Assembly: GCF_009914755.1 (NCBI RefSeq)
Contig: NC_060929.1
From: the human T2T-CHM13v2.0 reference genome, Homo sapiens
Reading direction: 5' to 3' (one strand)
DNA length: 64,000 nt
This document shows, in pieces, positions 19,590 to 37,140 of the stretch. The translations under genes and the position numbers were made by a program. The notes under the pieces were generated by a model that searched no databases, had not been told where the DNA came from, and worked only from the letters and a program-made list of their open reading frames with translations. How positions within the stretch are numbered: the stretch's first letter is position 1; every line of letters starts with the position of its first letter.

Positions 19590-20598
19590 CTTTTTTAAAA
19601 AAACAACTTTAATGAGATATAATTTACATACCATAAAATTCATCTGTTTAAAGTATGGGACTCAATGGACCCAGTGGTTTTTAGTATATTTATAGATTTG
19701 TTCAACCATTACCATAATCAATTTTATAACATTTTCATCAATCCAAAAGGAAGCCCAGTACCCATTTGCTTACACTCCCCATTCTCCCCACTCCACCACC
19801 AGCCCTAAGCAGCCACGAATCTACCTTCTGTCTCTAGAGATTTGTCTATTGGATCTTTCATACAGAAGCATGCAATAATGTGATTTGTTTGTTTGTTTTG
19901 TTTTTCTCATGTTTTTTATTTCTTTATTTTTTTTATTATACTTTAAGTTTTAAGGTACATGTGCACACGTGCAGGTTAGTTACATATGTATACATGTGCC
20001 ATGTTGGTGTGCTGCACCCATTAACTCGTCATTTAACATTAGGTATATCTCCTAATGCTATCCCTCCCCCCTCCCCCCACCGCACAACAGGCCCCGGTGT
20101 GTGATGTTCCCCTTCCTGTGTCCATGTGTTCTCATTGTTCAGTTCCCACCTATGAGTGAGAACATGCGGTGTTTGGTTTTTTGTCCTTTAGATAGTTTGC
20201 TAAGAATGATGGTTTCCAGCTTAAATGTGATCTTTTATGACTGGTTTCTTTCACACAGAATAATGTTTTCAAGGTTCATCCAGGCTGTAGCAGCACTTCA
20301 TTTCTTTGTATTGCCAAATACTATTCCATTGTGTGACTATAACACATTTTATGTACCCTTTCATCTTTTGATTGACATTTGGGTTGTTCCCACTTTTTGA
20401 CACTTATGAATAATGATGTTGTGAATATTCGTGTATAAACTTTTGTGTGGACATATATTTTCATTTCTCTTTGGTATTGACCTAATAGTGGGATTGCAAG
20501 GTTGTGTGTTTAACACTATGTTAAATATTTTTAGGAAGCCCCAAGCTGTTTTCCAAAGTGGTTGTACCATTTTACATTCTCACCAGCAATGTACCAGG
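19590..20598 (-). mobile_element. L1MB 3' end, interrupted by a younger L1PA
   Basis: GAGATATAATTTACATACCATAAAATTCA and TTTTCCAAAGTGGTTGTACCATTTTACATTC motifs. Confidence 0.88.
19885..20222 (-). mobile_element. 5'-truncated L1PA (L1PA3-like) 3' end
   Basis: TTATTATACTTTAAGTTTTA...CCCACCTATGAGTGAGAACATGCGG; TSD AATGTGAT at 19877-19884 and 20224-20231. Confidence 0.93.
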
Positions 20599-22430
20599 GT
20601 AAGACTTATTTGCAATTTTCTCCTGCTTATAGAATTCTAAAGCTATGTAAAAGGTTAGAAATGTAACAGGTGGGTCATTTTGATACTTATTTAGAAAGCC
20701 TACTTTTTCTTTCCAAACTACAAACATTTCTGTTGTCTAATGAGCAGATGCTACCAGCTAATGAAGCAGGAATACTAATTTCTTATTTGATTCATAATAA
20801 TATTCAGTAATTACAGAGGAATCTTTACTTATCTAGCTTTCTGTGTATATGTGTTCTACAGTACTAATTTTTCTTTCTTTTCTTTTAAAAATTCACCTTC
20901 CTTACTGCTTTGTTATTTAATGATTTGTTCTGATTATAGACCATTAATGCCTGTTTAAAAAAAAAGTCCACATGTGCATTTCAACACCTCTTTTATTTTA
21001 TACTGATTCAAAGCAATTCAATTCTTCATTCCTAAAAACATTTAGGCTGAGGCATAAAATAGCCAATTTAAACGAAGTAACATTTAGTCTTTGAAATTGC
21101 CGTATATGTATTCTTCATTTATGCCTACCTGAAAATGTCAGGTATGAAATGAATTTTAGTGACTCAATTGTTATTCTATAGGCAAATCCTTATCTTATAA
21201 ACATACTAGATAACTTTATAAGATAAATCTGTTTCTAAGACAAAATTTGTCCATAATTCTGAATTTCTTTCTTTCTTTATTTACTTAATGAAAAGGATGT
21301 TTCATGAACCTTCTAATTCTTTCCTACTGTGGATGTTAGTTGGCATTTTGTATTGAATTTCAACATTTGAGAATAAGTCATGGGTCCAGCTAATCTGCAT
21401 AGACCAATTTGGAGCAGCATCCTTAATGAGTGGTGAACTTTCTCTGTTCTCCAGACAATATCAACTCTGCCACTTGAAACCAAGGCTTCTAATGACATGA
21501 ACTGAAGGAAAAGTCTTGATTTCAGATTTTTGTTTGGCCTGTTTCATCTCCATTTGCCGACCCTGGATTACGCAGATAGTGCACTGCTTTTAGTAATCTA
21601 GGCCCTTGTGCCAGACCTTGACTGTCATACTGCATTATAACTGATGGTTCAAATGCTTCTTTTACATAAGGAGTATTTTCTTCCCAGAGATACCTCTAAG
21701 ATATTCATGGCTAACTAAAAATACTCCTGAATGCTGTTCTCAAGTAGAGTTTCAAGGTCAACATGAAAATTGTTATCACTCTCTTATGTGACATAAAAAA
21801 ATCTGTTTTATCTTTGTAACAATGCTTTCATTAAAAAAAAAAAAAAAGCTTTGCAATTCCTCTGCTACACTAGTGTTTTCTCAGATACCAAACAGGCTAT
21901 GCCTTGATGGCAAGAAGAACAAGTTATGATTATTTATATGCCAGTGTGCACTTGTTTCCATCTAGAGTTATAAACAATTAGTTTATGATAATCAATTGTG
22001 ACAGCAAAAAGGATTTCTACTCCACTAGCTTATATTTCTAATAACAGAGAAACAGAAGTAATTTTGATAATGTCTTACGTGTCCAGTGAAGTAATTTCCC
22101 TGTTACTGGCTTTTAGCAAGAATTTATAATTAAATCAGAGAGAAAAAAACACTGGCAGCCAACATTGTGTCACATTTATTTCAAGTGTAATGTCAAAAAT
22201 TTCATGGATGGTCACTTGGACATTGAAAGAGCAAAAAGATTAGAGAGCAGAATGGGATGATGAGAGGTTCTGTTCATTTTCCTGCCTTCCCAAAGTAAGA
22301 AGGGCAAATCAAGTATAAATAAAACTATTGCCTTAATGAGGCTCTTGAGTTTCTGCCTAAACCAACAACGGGAATAATGGAAATCTGCCCCAAAAGTAAT
22401 TCTTTTATATCTGTTATTTAAAAGAAGTTG

Positions 22431-22434
<4 letters not shown>

Positions 22435-22470
<36 letters not shown>
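22435..22470. repeat. (CA)18 microsatellite
   Basis: Perfect dinucleotide run. Confidence 0.98.
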
Positions 22471-22471
<1 letters not shown>

Positions 22472-24667
22472 TCACTCATTAAGAATTTGAAAAAAATATT
22501 TATCTACCTCCTTCTTTCCTATGTCTGCATATGCATTTTTCTTTTGAAAAAGGCTGTAGATGAAAAAGAAAAACATTAACAGCGTAACAAGATTAAAACT
22601 ATGTTTTATGGCAAATGGTTTAAAACTTCAGGAAACCACCTTTAAAGGCCGCAAACGAATGCTTGCTTTTTACTTAGACCTGTGGTGATCTCCCCATCGC
22701 CTGGAAATATGGAGCGGTACTGTAGAGTGTGTATACACTAGTGTGTACTCCTGTACTCATTATAATGTGGCCTGGAGCTTGGAGCTAAACATTTCTCTAG
22801 AACATAATGAGCTGTGTACTGTAATGAAGGGGTTTGAAATTGATTTGACTGTTATTTAGCATAAAAACTCCCAGATCAAAGGCTCTGGCAAGGCTACAGA
22901 CACTCAGGCACTCCCAGACAAAGGACACTGTATGATGGCGGGAGGCAAGTGGAGAGGTGTGGTGGCTTATGCAGAGCCAAGGAATTTATCGAGCCATTAT
23001 CTGTTTGTTTTTATTTCAAGTCACTATACATCACTCACAAACTGCCATCTGGCAGTAGATGATTTTGAGGATTATTTTGAAGAATATTACAAAACCCGAT
23101 TTAATTTCCCTCTCGATTCCTAGTATTTCCGTATTGCTCCTTCATCACAGTCATGGACGCCCTCCCAAGCTAATTTGTAAAATGAATTTTACTGAATGCC
23201 ATTTAATCTTATTGCCATAGTTACAAACCAAGAAATCGAAAATTGCTAGGCTGAGCTGAAAATAGCTGACTTGGTACAAGGAAGAGGACTAATTCTTATG
23301 CAAAGCTCTACGCTCACATACAATCTCTGATTCAAAGAACAATAGAAAGTTTGATCCTTGAAAACCTGACCTTCTGATGCCTTTTCACTCTCCAACCCAG
23401 AACCACCATAGGTTTGAATGAAATGTGTAAAAACTAAAGATAAGGTTTGCTTTGCAACCTGCTGTTTTAGCTTCTGTGTTACTGTTGCAATGAGGTCACA
23501 GCCTTGATATTTTCACAGGCAATACTGGGGATTTTATAACTGTGTGAAAATTATAAAAGCAAGAACCCATGTAACGGCTGAAATTTAAGAAAGGTTTAAA
23601 TAATTCCTGAGCATTATTATTTATAATTGACAAATCTATCTATCTAATCATTCTATAATTCTATTATCATAAAGCATACCCATCATCTGGGTGAACATAT
23701 GTATTCCATGAGAGACGAATAGGATAGGTTATATGAAAAGAAATTAAGGTGCTGAACATCCAAAGGCCTGTCTTTATAGGTATATATGTACCTAGATTTT
23801 ACATACCTATATATGTATGTATCTCTCTTAGGGAGAGAGATAAAGAGAATGCAGTGATAAGATGTAATTAGAATAAATATATTTTAAGGAGAGTTGTTTA
23901 ACCCATATAAGCAATCATTTTAAGATTTTTGCCAAAGTCAATGCCCCTTTAATCTAATATTTAATGTATTGAAAACTCTTTCTATGTGCTAATAATTTGT
24001 CATCATCAAGTTTGCATTATTCTTGGTCCTTAAAAACAATGAAATCAATTTCTTTGGACAGTTATTTCATTTCTTTGGTCCTTCATTGTCTTACCTGTAC
24101 AAAGAGAGGATTAGAACTTTGAGATCTTTAACAGGCAGAAAAGTATGATTTAATTATTTTTTAATTTTCACTTATTCAACTTGCAATTTATCTGATTTCA
24201 TTTAGATTATTATGGCTTTGGCATATTTGAATATAATTTTAACATATTTGATTGACAATTCAAAAACAAACAGAGCCACTTAAATATTCAGAGTAAGTAA
24301 AATATATGCCATGTATGTAACAACTCAGCACAAAGAGCCCCTCTGTACTCACAGGGCAGGAAGTCAATCAGCTGAGGCTGTATGGCTGCTGCTGTGTAGT
24401 GCCCGCCAGCTGCTGCTCAGCTTCTAGACATTTGCTTTTGTATGCGAAAATCTCAGGAGGACTTTGGGAGTTCTAGGGAACTGCTTGTTGAATGTGGGAG
24501 GAAAAGAGCATACCGTGGTATTCTCATTCTAAAACAACCCCACAGAGGGGCTGTGTGTACAGACTGGCCTCAAATGAGTAGGATAGGAGATTCTAAGTGT
24601 TGTGCAAAGTACGTTTTAAGGATTTTCTTTTATTTTTTAAAATAAATGAGAAATGCTGGGTTAACTA

Positions 24668-25394
<727 letters not shown>

Positions 25395-25479
25395 TGTTTA
25401 TGTCTCTTGATAACACGACCTTTCCTCTTCTGATCCTCCAGTCTTTTGTGGAATAAGTATGTCATCAAATGCAATTAGG

Positions 25480-25634
25480 CAGGGTGGCAAATAGGTTTCA
25501 TTTTGAGTGCCACATTTGGTCAGTTGGTAGAGACTACCTGCAGGCATTTTATAAAGGACTTTGAGTGGTGGTTCTGATTACAAGGAAAGAGAGGGTCTAA
25601 TGATGATTGGTATACCATGGCTTTGCCATCCCCG
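25480..25634. mobile_element. MER102-like hAT MITE, internally deleted
   Basis: CAGGGTGGCAAATAGGTTTCAT left end and TTTGCCATCCCCG right end. Confidence 0.65.
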
Positions 25635-26157
25635 CCCTTGTTTTCCACCCGTCCTGAGTCTTTCAATCATTACTCGATTATCTTCCACGTACTACCTTAT
25701 CAGGAAATCTCAGAGATAAAATTACAATTCGCCTGAATCTCAGTTTACTTTTGATTTCACGTAAGTTGGAAGTTCAAACACTTGCAACCAAACATGCAAA
25801 AACTGGGAATACACCACAATGCACATTTTCTAGGTCTAACATTTTACTTACAGAAGTTCAGTTCGATAAACCATACACACACACAAGAGCATGTTCATCC
25901 TTTTATTATGAGAGAGGAATTATGTTTTGGGTTATCTTTTTCTAAAACACCTGTTAGATAAAACCTTATTAGCTATTTACTTGCAGCAAATAACATGTAT
26001 TATGTACTATGTAAACTATAAAACATTTATTAAACTTCACTGAAAATGCAGTTACCACTACTTGCATTCTTATGAATATACAATATTACATTGTATTCAG
26101 ACCAATTGAGCTGCAGGCAAATATAACCACCTGTGATCCAACAAAGTTCTGGTTATG

Positions 26158-26200
26158 GTCTACGGCCATACCACCCTGAACGCGCCCGATCTCGTCTGAT
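26158..26200 (+). pseudogene. 3'-truncated 5S rRNA retropseudogene (nt 1-43)
   Basis: GTCTACGGCCATACCACCCTGAACGCGCCCGATCTCGTCTGAT matches the 5' end of human 5S rRNA; flanked by TTATG repeats; no A tail. Confidence 0.95.
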
Positions 26201-26390
26201 TATGTTAAGATCAGACATACTGAGTTATTGTTTAAGCCATTTTCTACAATTCAGCATCAAAAATGTGGTAGTCAGGGCCTGTTAGAGGCAATGTAGACAC
26301 ATTTTAAATGTAAATGACCTACAGTCAGTGACAAATGATAAAAACTGAAGGTTACATTAATCCCAAAATATCTATGAAAAGAACAGAATA

Positions 26391-26994
<604 letters not shown>

Positions 26995-27422
26995 TTATGG
27001 TTTATGGAAATCAGTTACCAAAATATTGCTAATTTAATTTATTTGATTAACATATTATTATTGGAAGAGTTAAGTAATATGGAAACTTTAATACTTTCAG
27101 AAGACCAATTTATTTAGAACTAATGGGAGTCTATGTTACTTATGTTGGAATTCATGTGTTTCGATTTCATACATTATTAGACTGGAGCTTCTCATAAATA
27201 AAAACATGTTATATTTTTCTATCTCTATCTCTAATGATCAACTATCTAGCTATTTATCTATTTTCTACCATAGTGGAGCTGATCTACTTCTTCGGCAAAA
27301 GAAAAATTGCTTAAGATAAAAGCAAACACTATGCATGCAACACTCAAAATATAAACCAATATTTGAAGGAGAAAAATACATTATACTTAACAAGGTTACC
27401 AGCATTTAAGAATATGGAATAT

Positions 27423-28073
<651 letters not shown>

Positions 28074-29199
28074 TAGCTGTGAAAGAATGTGTGAATAAAT
28101 ATGGCTAAATCAGGCCTTCTCTTTTCAGCCTGCTTTTTGTTTGTTTGTTTGTTTTTGTTTTCTTGATAGAAATTAAGGCAGAGATAGAGCTCAGATATAT
28201 GATTTTGAGAATCACCATCCAAATGTTTTTGGAAGATGTACTTATATCTCTTAGGCCTGGCTCATAGTAATTATTAATGAAATAGTTTTTGAGCAGTGAA
28301 TGATTAGAAGAAGGTAGATGGAAGGGAGATACATATTAAGGATCTTTGCAGGCTTTTCTGAACCGTTAACTTCAGGGCCTTTATCTCAGCTCTGAACATT
28401 TATTAGGTATATAATAGATCTCACCGTATTTTGGAAAAAGGCAAACTTCATAATGAGGTAAAAAGCTGATTTTAATGAATTCAGTTATTTAATCTTTATC
28501 AAAGCCTTTACTACTGCGTTTTTCTTCCTTTTAGAGCAAACCTTGAAATGGTGCAATTTTACAAACAATTTATATGATGCTATGGCATGGAATTTCCTAA
28601 AATATTCCCCATTAAGGAACGTTGAAAGAGTTATTTCTCATAAAAAAAATCAATATAACTATATGGAACATTTTTTAAAAGATGACTAATGAGCAAAACC
28701 AAATCTTTACCTCTTACTAAGTAATAAAAATGTTAAAAATATATGATGTGTTACCAAATGCTAGATCCAGACATGCCCTGTATTGATATTTTGGCATGTT
28801 TTGATATAAAATGGCTAAAAATTTTTAAAACATCTCTAAATGGCTCAATCTAATGAACAAGTGATTTAAAGTGAGGCCAGGAAAAATAATGCCCCAAGAG
28901 GAAGATGACAGTGGAAGAAAATAATATTTGATTTTTGTCCCTTAACATGACGCCACCTGAGAATGGCAAAACCCCTGGAGTCAGTCATTTGGGAAAAGCA
29001 AAGACCATTCCTATTAGCCTTCACTAAGGCTTCTCCTAGCACACTACCATCCCACCACCCTACCTACCCTTCCCCAGAAGCCAAGCAGATTCCAGCATCA
29101 TGTTTTCTGTATTGTTTGCAGAGCCGTGAGCTAATTAAACCTCTTTTTTAAAAAAGTAAATTACTCAGTCTCTGGTATTTCTTTCTTCCTTTTCTTTTC

Positions 29200-30728
<1,529 letters not shown>

Positions 30729-33700
30729 GCTGGGATTACAGGTGCCTGCCACTGCGCCTGGCTGATTTGCTATTTTTAGTAGACATGGAGGTTTTGCCGT
30801 GTTAGCCAGGCTCGTCTTGAACTCCTGACCTCAGATGATTCACCTGCCTCGGCCTCCCAAACAGTTGGGATTACAGGCGTGAGCGACCGCATCTGGCCTG
30901 GTATTTCTTTATAGCAATGCTAGAACAGACTAACATAAAAACCTTGACTTAGTGGCTGCAACTCTTTGATATTTCCAACTATACTATATTTTGCTAGGCT
31001 AACCTTGGTTTCAGAATACCTATTCTGGCAATGGTCTTCATGGTATGTTTGAATTGATTATTTTCTCAATTGACCATTTTAGGCCATAATAATGACTAGT
31101 TACAAAGGCAATCAATGGAATGTGGATAGTGCGTTTGATTTAGTAGGATTAGAGTAATTGTATTTGTGACATTTCAAACACTCAGTTGAATTAAACATGT
31201 GGCAATTCCATCTGTTGGAAGTAGGATATGTGATATATAGGTGCTATGACCAAAATACCTAAATTGACAAACTAGAAATAGATTTCCTTATACAGGTCAG
31301 ACATAGTCACTGATAAGCAGATCATGTTAGTAGAAAAAGTTTCACATCAATAACATTAAAATGTAAGGTATTTTGGAGATAGAATATGTTTGTTGAAGAG
31401 TGAAAGAAAGTAAGAAAAATGCAACATTTCTTTGGACTTTTGGTAATTTAGAACCTTAAACATGAAGCATTTCATCAATCATTAATCTTAAAGTTTTTTT
31501 TTTTTTTGGTAGATGTTACTGGGAACTTTAAAAAGTAATAATGGAGTCTTCAATAAACAAGAAATTAGAAATTCAAACACTGAAAATATTCACACTTAGG
31601 GAAATAGGATGAAATACAGCTTTTATATCATATCAGTGGCAGGAAAAATAATCATTCATTACAATACCTGGTTATTTTATTATGTAAAAATAGTGATAAC
31701 ATCTTTCAAATAATTTGACTTCCCACTGGTCCTCTGAAGGAATCTCTGTCAGTAGGACAAAGATCAACACTTGGTCACAAGTTAAAACAAATGTCTGTGA
31801 ACATCTTTATAGGTGTCACCTTATGAATTAAAATTTGACCGTATCATTATTGTTGGGGGCTTCAGTTAGTTCATTGTATCTTGGAACAATATAATATGGA
31901 TCTGCCAGAAGTCAGAGAATTAACATTTTCTATTTGGTGTTGGTGGCACATCTTTATGTTGTAGACATAATTACTTCCACTTTTTACACAGATTCCTTAT
32001 TGTTGCCAGTTGTAAAGTTTTTTGGTCCTATATTTTGATTGCATGTATAATTAGGAGCATGCCCATTTGGGAATAAGCTTCATTAAGACAGCATAACGCA
32101 AGACGCGGGCTGTTGAACCTAAGTTTGCCAGACTAGGAGTCAACATTATTAATAATTTTTAGGGAAGGTCCATTGTGTCCAGATATCTATAGTTAGCAAC
32201 TCCAACGTGGGATCTTTTATTTGAAGGTATATAAAAATGTAAAAGTAATTGGTTGAAAAATTATCAAACTTCTCTTTTGAAATAATAATTGATAACATTC
32301 ATTGAGTGCTTAATGCATGGTAAGCTTTATAAACACTACTTCATCAAAACTTTAGTTTACCTGAGATAGGTAGTGTTTTTAATCTTGTTAAAAATAATTT
32401 TTGAAAAGATTAAATCATGACTATTTTACAGATATAAAAATAAACACATGCTTAAGACTTTATTTATTAATCAAAAAGGGAACCAGACAGAGGTTACAGC
32501 TGATTCAAAAACAGTCCAAAGGACAAACCCACTTGTAGATCAGAAATATTAAAATGAATGTACAAATGAAAGCAAAATATTTCTTTGAATAATGTGGTAA
32601 AGGAAGTCAATCAAACTTCTACTTAACTGGAAAAAAATGCGTATGTCTACTGACAAGAAATATTTTGTATTGCTTTCAATTATTTACAACTACAGAGTTG
32701 TAAGATGGTTCCCATGGAATCAAAATTAGATAATCTGGGGTGATATCCTCTAGAAAATACATAGTTATTCACTTAAACATAATTTCCACAATTTCCCCCA
32801 TACCCTCACTTTATAATGATGAAATCAAGGTTCAGAGAGGACAGATTTTTTGAATGGGGATATTAACTAGTAGAAAAGTTCACTGCCTTATGGAAAGGAA
32901 TGGATACCAGAGTTAGATAATAGAAGTAGGATATGTGAAATGAGTGAATGAAGTCACCAAGGGTATACGTATCTCCAAGGCTTTGTGAAGAAACTCACAA
33001 AACAAAGGATGGAGAGGATTCCAACATGTTCACGTGTTTAAAACTTTACTCTGACAATGGGAACCCCTCTACAATGCATGCCATTCTAATGAGAAAAAAT
33101 ATGCACAATCTGTACAAACGGTATTAGAGCCACATTGTATTCCCCTTAGTGTCACCTCATAGGAAAGCCTGGGGAAGAATTTGAAAGGGGTTTGTGATGC
33201 AAAGAATGAACTATCAAAGGATTACCTTGAGCCTGTAGGCTAGAGAGATTATTGGTATGGTGCAGGTTTCTACTTGCTCATCTGACTTTAAGGTAAGTCC
33301 AGTTAGATAACAAACTATATGGTAACACCTTGTTATGTCATCACTGCCTGGAAGGAAGCTGGATAGGAGTATGACAGAGGCTCATTTTTCTGGTGTCCTG
33401 GTAGGTTGTGTCAAGCATGAGCAGTTTCTTAGATGGCTTTCTCTCATCCCTGCCACTTAGCAGAATCTAGAGAGGTTGAGCCTACTCAGAGTGGGTAGTG
33501 AGAATAAAATAGAAAATTAGAATAAATAACATGCTGGTGGATATGTAGCTAAAAAGTGACAGAGCCCATATTCAAAATCAAATTCACCTGATTCCAGATC
33601 CAGATGCCTAACTTCTTCACTACATGGTTTATCATGTTTTGTTTGAAAAGCTGGATGCAAGAGGTACATGGGGACTTCCTCACTGTCTCCAGTGTCTCTT

Positions 33701-34074
33701 CATTGAGTCATTTGGTGGGATTGGCATTGACTCTGATTGGTGGCAGTGTCTGCTGTGTGCTATGACTCTAGGAGAGGAAGCTTCCACACACCTTTAGCAG
33801 CAGAGTGACTTGTAGAGTGTAAACTGAAAGCAGATTCCACTGTATGAGGCCTGGAAACATGCAGGATGGTATCATCAGACGCTGTCAGCAGTTTCTTGTT
33901 TCCTACTACTTACTCACTTCATCTTTAGCATCCTATGGGAAATGCACAGGATCGAATATAAGCAAGAGCTATGAGTCGAAAGTCTTGGATATTGTCCCAG
34001 ACCTGAAACATCATTAGCTTTTCTATATGTCCATTTTTCTCATTAATAAAACAAGGATAACTGCATTTGATCTA

Positions 34075-34466
<392 letters not shown>

Positions 34467-34611
34467 TCAACCTCATTTCTGCTCAATCCCAGAAATGTGG
34501 ATTTAGACAATGTCTCTAACAAGCAGAGAAGTAGAATAATTTGGATATTAGATTATTTAGAATCACTCTTCAAAGAGCTCCTATGTCCACATGTGTTAAC
34601 TGTACATTGTT

Positions 34612-35130
34612 TCTGATTATTTCTATTGCAAGTGACAAAAAACCAATTCAAATGGATTCAAGCAAAAAGGACCTTTTTTGTGTGTGTTGGAGGGGGTGGA
34701 TATCTGAAAAATCTAACTGTAGATGTGGCTTCAGGTGTGACTGAATCTGGTGATTTAAATGTCACTATCAGGACCTGGTTCTCTCCTCCCCTGCCCCACT
34801 TTCTTTCTCTCTTCATTTCTAGACTTTGCTTTCCTTTTCATTTGTTTCATTCTCAAGCGGGTTTCTCAGACCACATAGCAAAATGGCTGCTACTCACTTT
34901 GGACTTATGTTGGAGAGATAATGCCTTTCTATTACTCCTCTGAAATCTCTGTGATTTATATAGTTGGCTCTACTTGGCTACTCAGGCCAGTTTTTGTTTC
35001 CTGACCCAACCTTGGGGCCATGGTTGAAGTCAGCCTCATGAATGCCATGTGAATTGAGACAGTGGAAGAGTAGACCCACAAAGTACAGGGTACTTTTACC
35101 AGAAGAAGAAGAAATGTTGGTAATGCAGAA
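34612..35130 (-). mobile_element. LTR33-like ERVL LTR
   Basis: TTGCAAGTGACAAAAAACCAATTCAAATGGATTCAAGCAAAAAGG resembles the LTR33 end. Confidence 0.6.
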
Positions 35131-35240
35131 GTGAAAACCTTTTGGAGGTATTTGTGATGGAAAAATGATTAAATTATTCTTATTAACTAGCTATGAGATC
35201 AAAACTGTAAAATATGAAAAGTGCATCAGTTAAAATGCCA

Positions 35241-35532
35241 TTCTGGGCATGGTGGCTCATACCTGTAATACCAGTGCTTTGGGAGGCTGAGGCAGGAGGA
35301 TTGCTTGAGGCCAGGAATTTGAGGCCAGCATGAGCACTTTAGTGAGATCCTATCTCTACAAAATGATAAAAATCTTAGCCCAGCATGGTGGCACATGCTT
35401 GTAGTTCCAGATACTCAGGAGGCTGAGGTGGGAGGATCACTTGAGCCTAGGAGTTGGAGGTTGAAGTGAGCCAAGATTGCACCACTGCTCTCCAGCCTGG
35501 GAAACACAATGAGACCCTGTCTCTAAGAAAAA
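35241..35532 (+). mobile_element. AluJ
   Basis: J-type dimer. Confidence 0.92.
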
Positions 35533-35670
35533 CTTACAAAATATTATTCTTATTTTGCTATGGAGACATTAGGGAGTTTGGGGTCTTAGAGAACAAATTA
35601 CTTGAAATTAGAATAACAATTCTATCAGAAATATTTCGAGTGGTTATTAAATAAATATTTATTTGTTGAA

Positions 35671-35968
35671 TTTTTTTTTTTTTTTTGAGACTAAGTCTTG
35701 CTCTGTTTCCCAGGCTGAAGTGCGGTAGCACGATCTCGGCTCACCGCAACCTCCACCCATTTGGTTCAAGTGATTATCCTTCCTCAGCCTCCTGAATAGC
35801 TGGGACTACAGGGGTGTGCCACCATGCCCAGCTAATTTTTGTGTTTTTAGTAGAGACACGGTTTCACCATGTTGACCAGGCTGGTCTCAAACTCCTCACC
35901 TTAAGTGATCCACCCGCCTCGGCCTCCCAAAGTGCCGGGATTACAGACGTGAGCCACCGTGCCTGGCC
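35671..35968 (-). mobile_element. AluS
   Basis: Full dimer. Confidence 0.95.
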
Positions 35969-37140
35969 AACATTTATTTAGTTGAGTTCTTAAAATTTAT
36001 TTTTCTAATAGAATAAGGGAGAGCATTAGAAGTAGTTTTCATAAGACACAATAAATATAAACCTGTCATTTACCTGTCTAGCCCTGATATTCTGAAATCT
36101 GGAACTTGGGTTTAGAACAAAATGGATTCAGTTAATCCTTTTTTTTTTTTAGAGAGAGAGATTTGTATGATGCTGGCTGGTTTATTCATTCATTCAATAA
36201 TTATTTATGGATATTAATGTACAAGGCACCCTAATCTTTAAAAAATTCAGTCCTGGTTTTGCTGTATTAGTGTGTGTTTTTCTGATCTTAAAAAATTATA
36301 TGAATGATATAAATGGTCAATTCGCAAAAGATAAAATTCAGCAGATATATGAAAAGCTGCTTAACCTCAATAGTAATAGGGAGATATAAATTAAAATAAG
36401 ATTCCTTTTTTGAATCATCAGATTGCCAAAAAAAAAAAAAAAACTTTGATAATATCAGTGGGAGGCAATGGTGAATATGAATTTTATAGTCATCATAGAG
36501 GGAAATTTTACAATCTGTTAAAACTTAAAATATACACAATAACTTACGTAAAAGAATGTTTATTATGGTATTGTTTATAATAGAGGAAAAATTATAAATA
36601 ACATAAGATTATAGCAAGGGAAGAATGGTCAAATGGGCTACCAAAAAATGCATACTTAGGAATGTCACACAGTTACGAAAAACAATGTGTGTGTGTGTTT
36701 GTGAATACAAGCGTATTAGGAACAATAAAATATCCTCTAATCCAAACATGGATACATAGATTATATTACATTTTTATGCAAATATATTTCTAAATACATA
36801 AAAAAACTTAACCTATAATAATGTTTTTCCTTCTTTAGGATGTGGGGAATGAGCCTGGCTAATGGGATGTTTATCTGCATTGTTTGAAAGGGTTTACAAG
36901 AACGTTCTCACTACTTGTTTAATTAAAAATTCAATTACTTTTTAAATTTGAAACATGCATATGAGTGTAATACATATTGAATTCCTACAACAACCAATAT
37001 TTACTCTATCTATATAAAGAGCCTTACGTTTTGATATAATGTTATCCTTTTCATAAATGTATTTAATTAAATATAATTTTTATATTTTTGGAAGACTACT
37101 TGAAAAACAAAGACCTGTGTCAAATAGGTTTGAAAAAATT

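Noticed and set aside
26158-26200. Functional 5S rRNA gene
   Set aside because: Only 43 of ~121 nt; lacks the internal control region and terminator
31700-32220. Coding-like composition suggesting a decayed ORF
   Set aside because: My partial minus-strand translation is interrupted by stops and has no recognisable motif; it needs tBLASTx/Dfam
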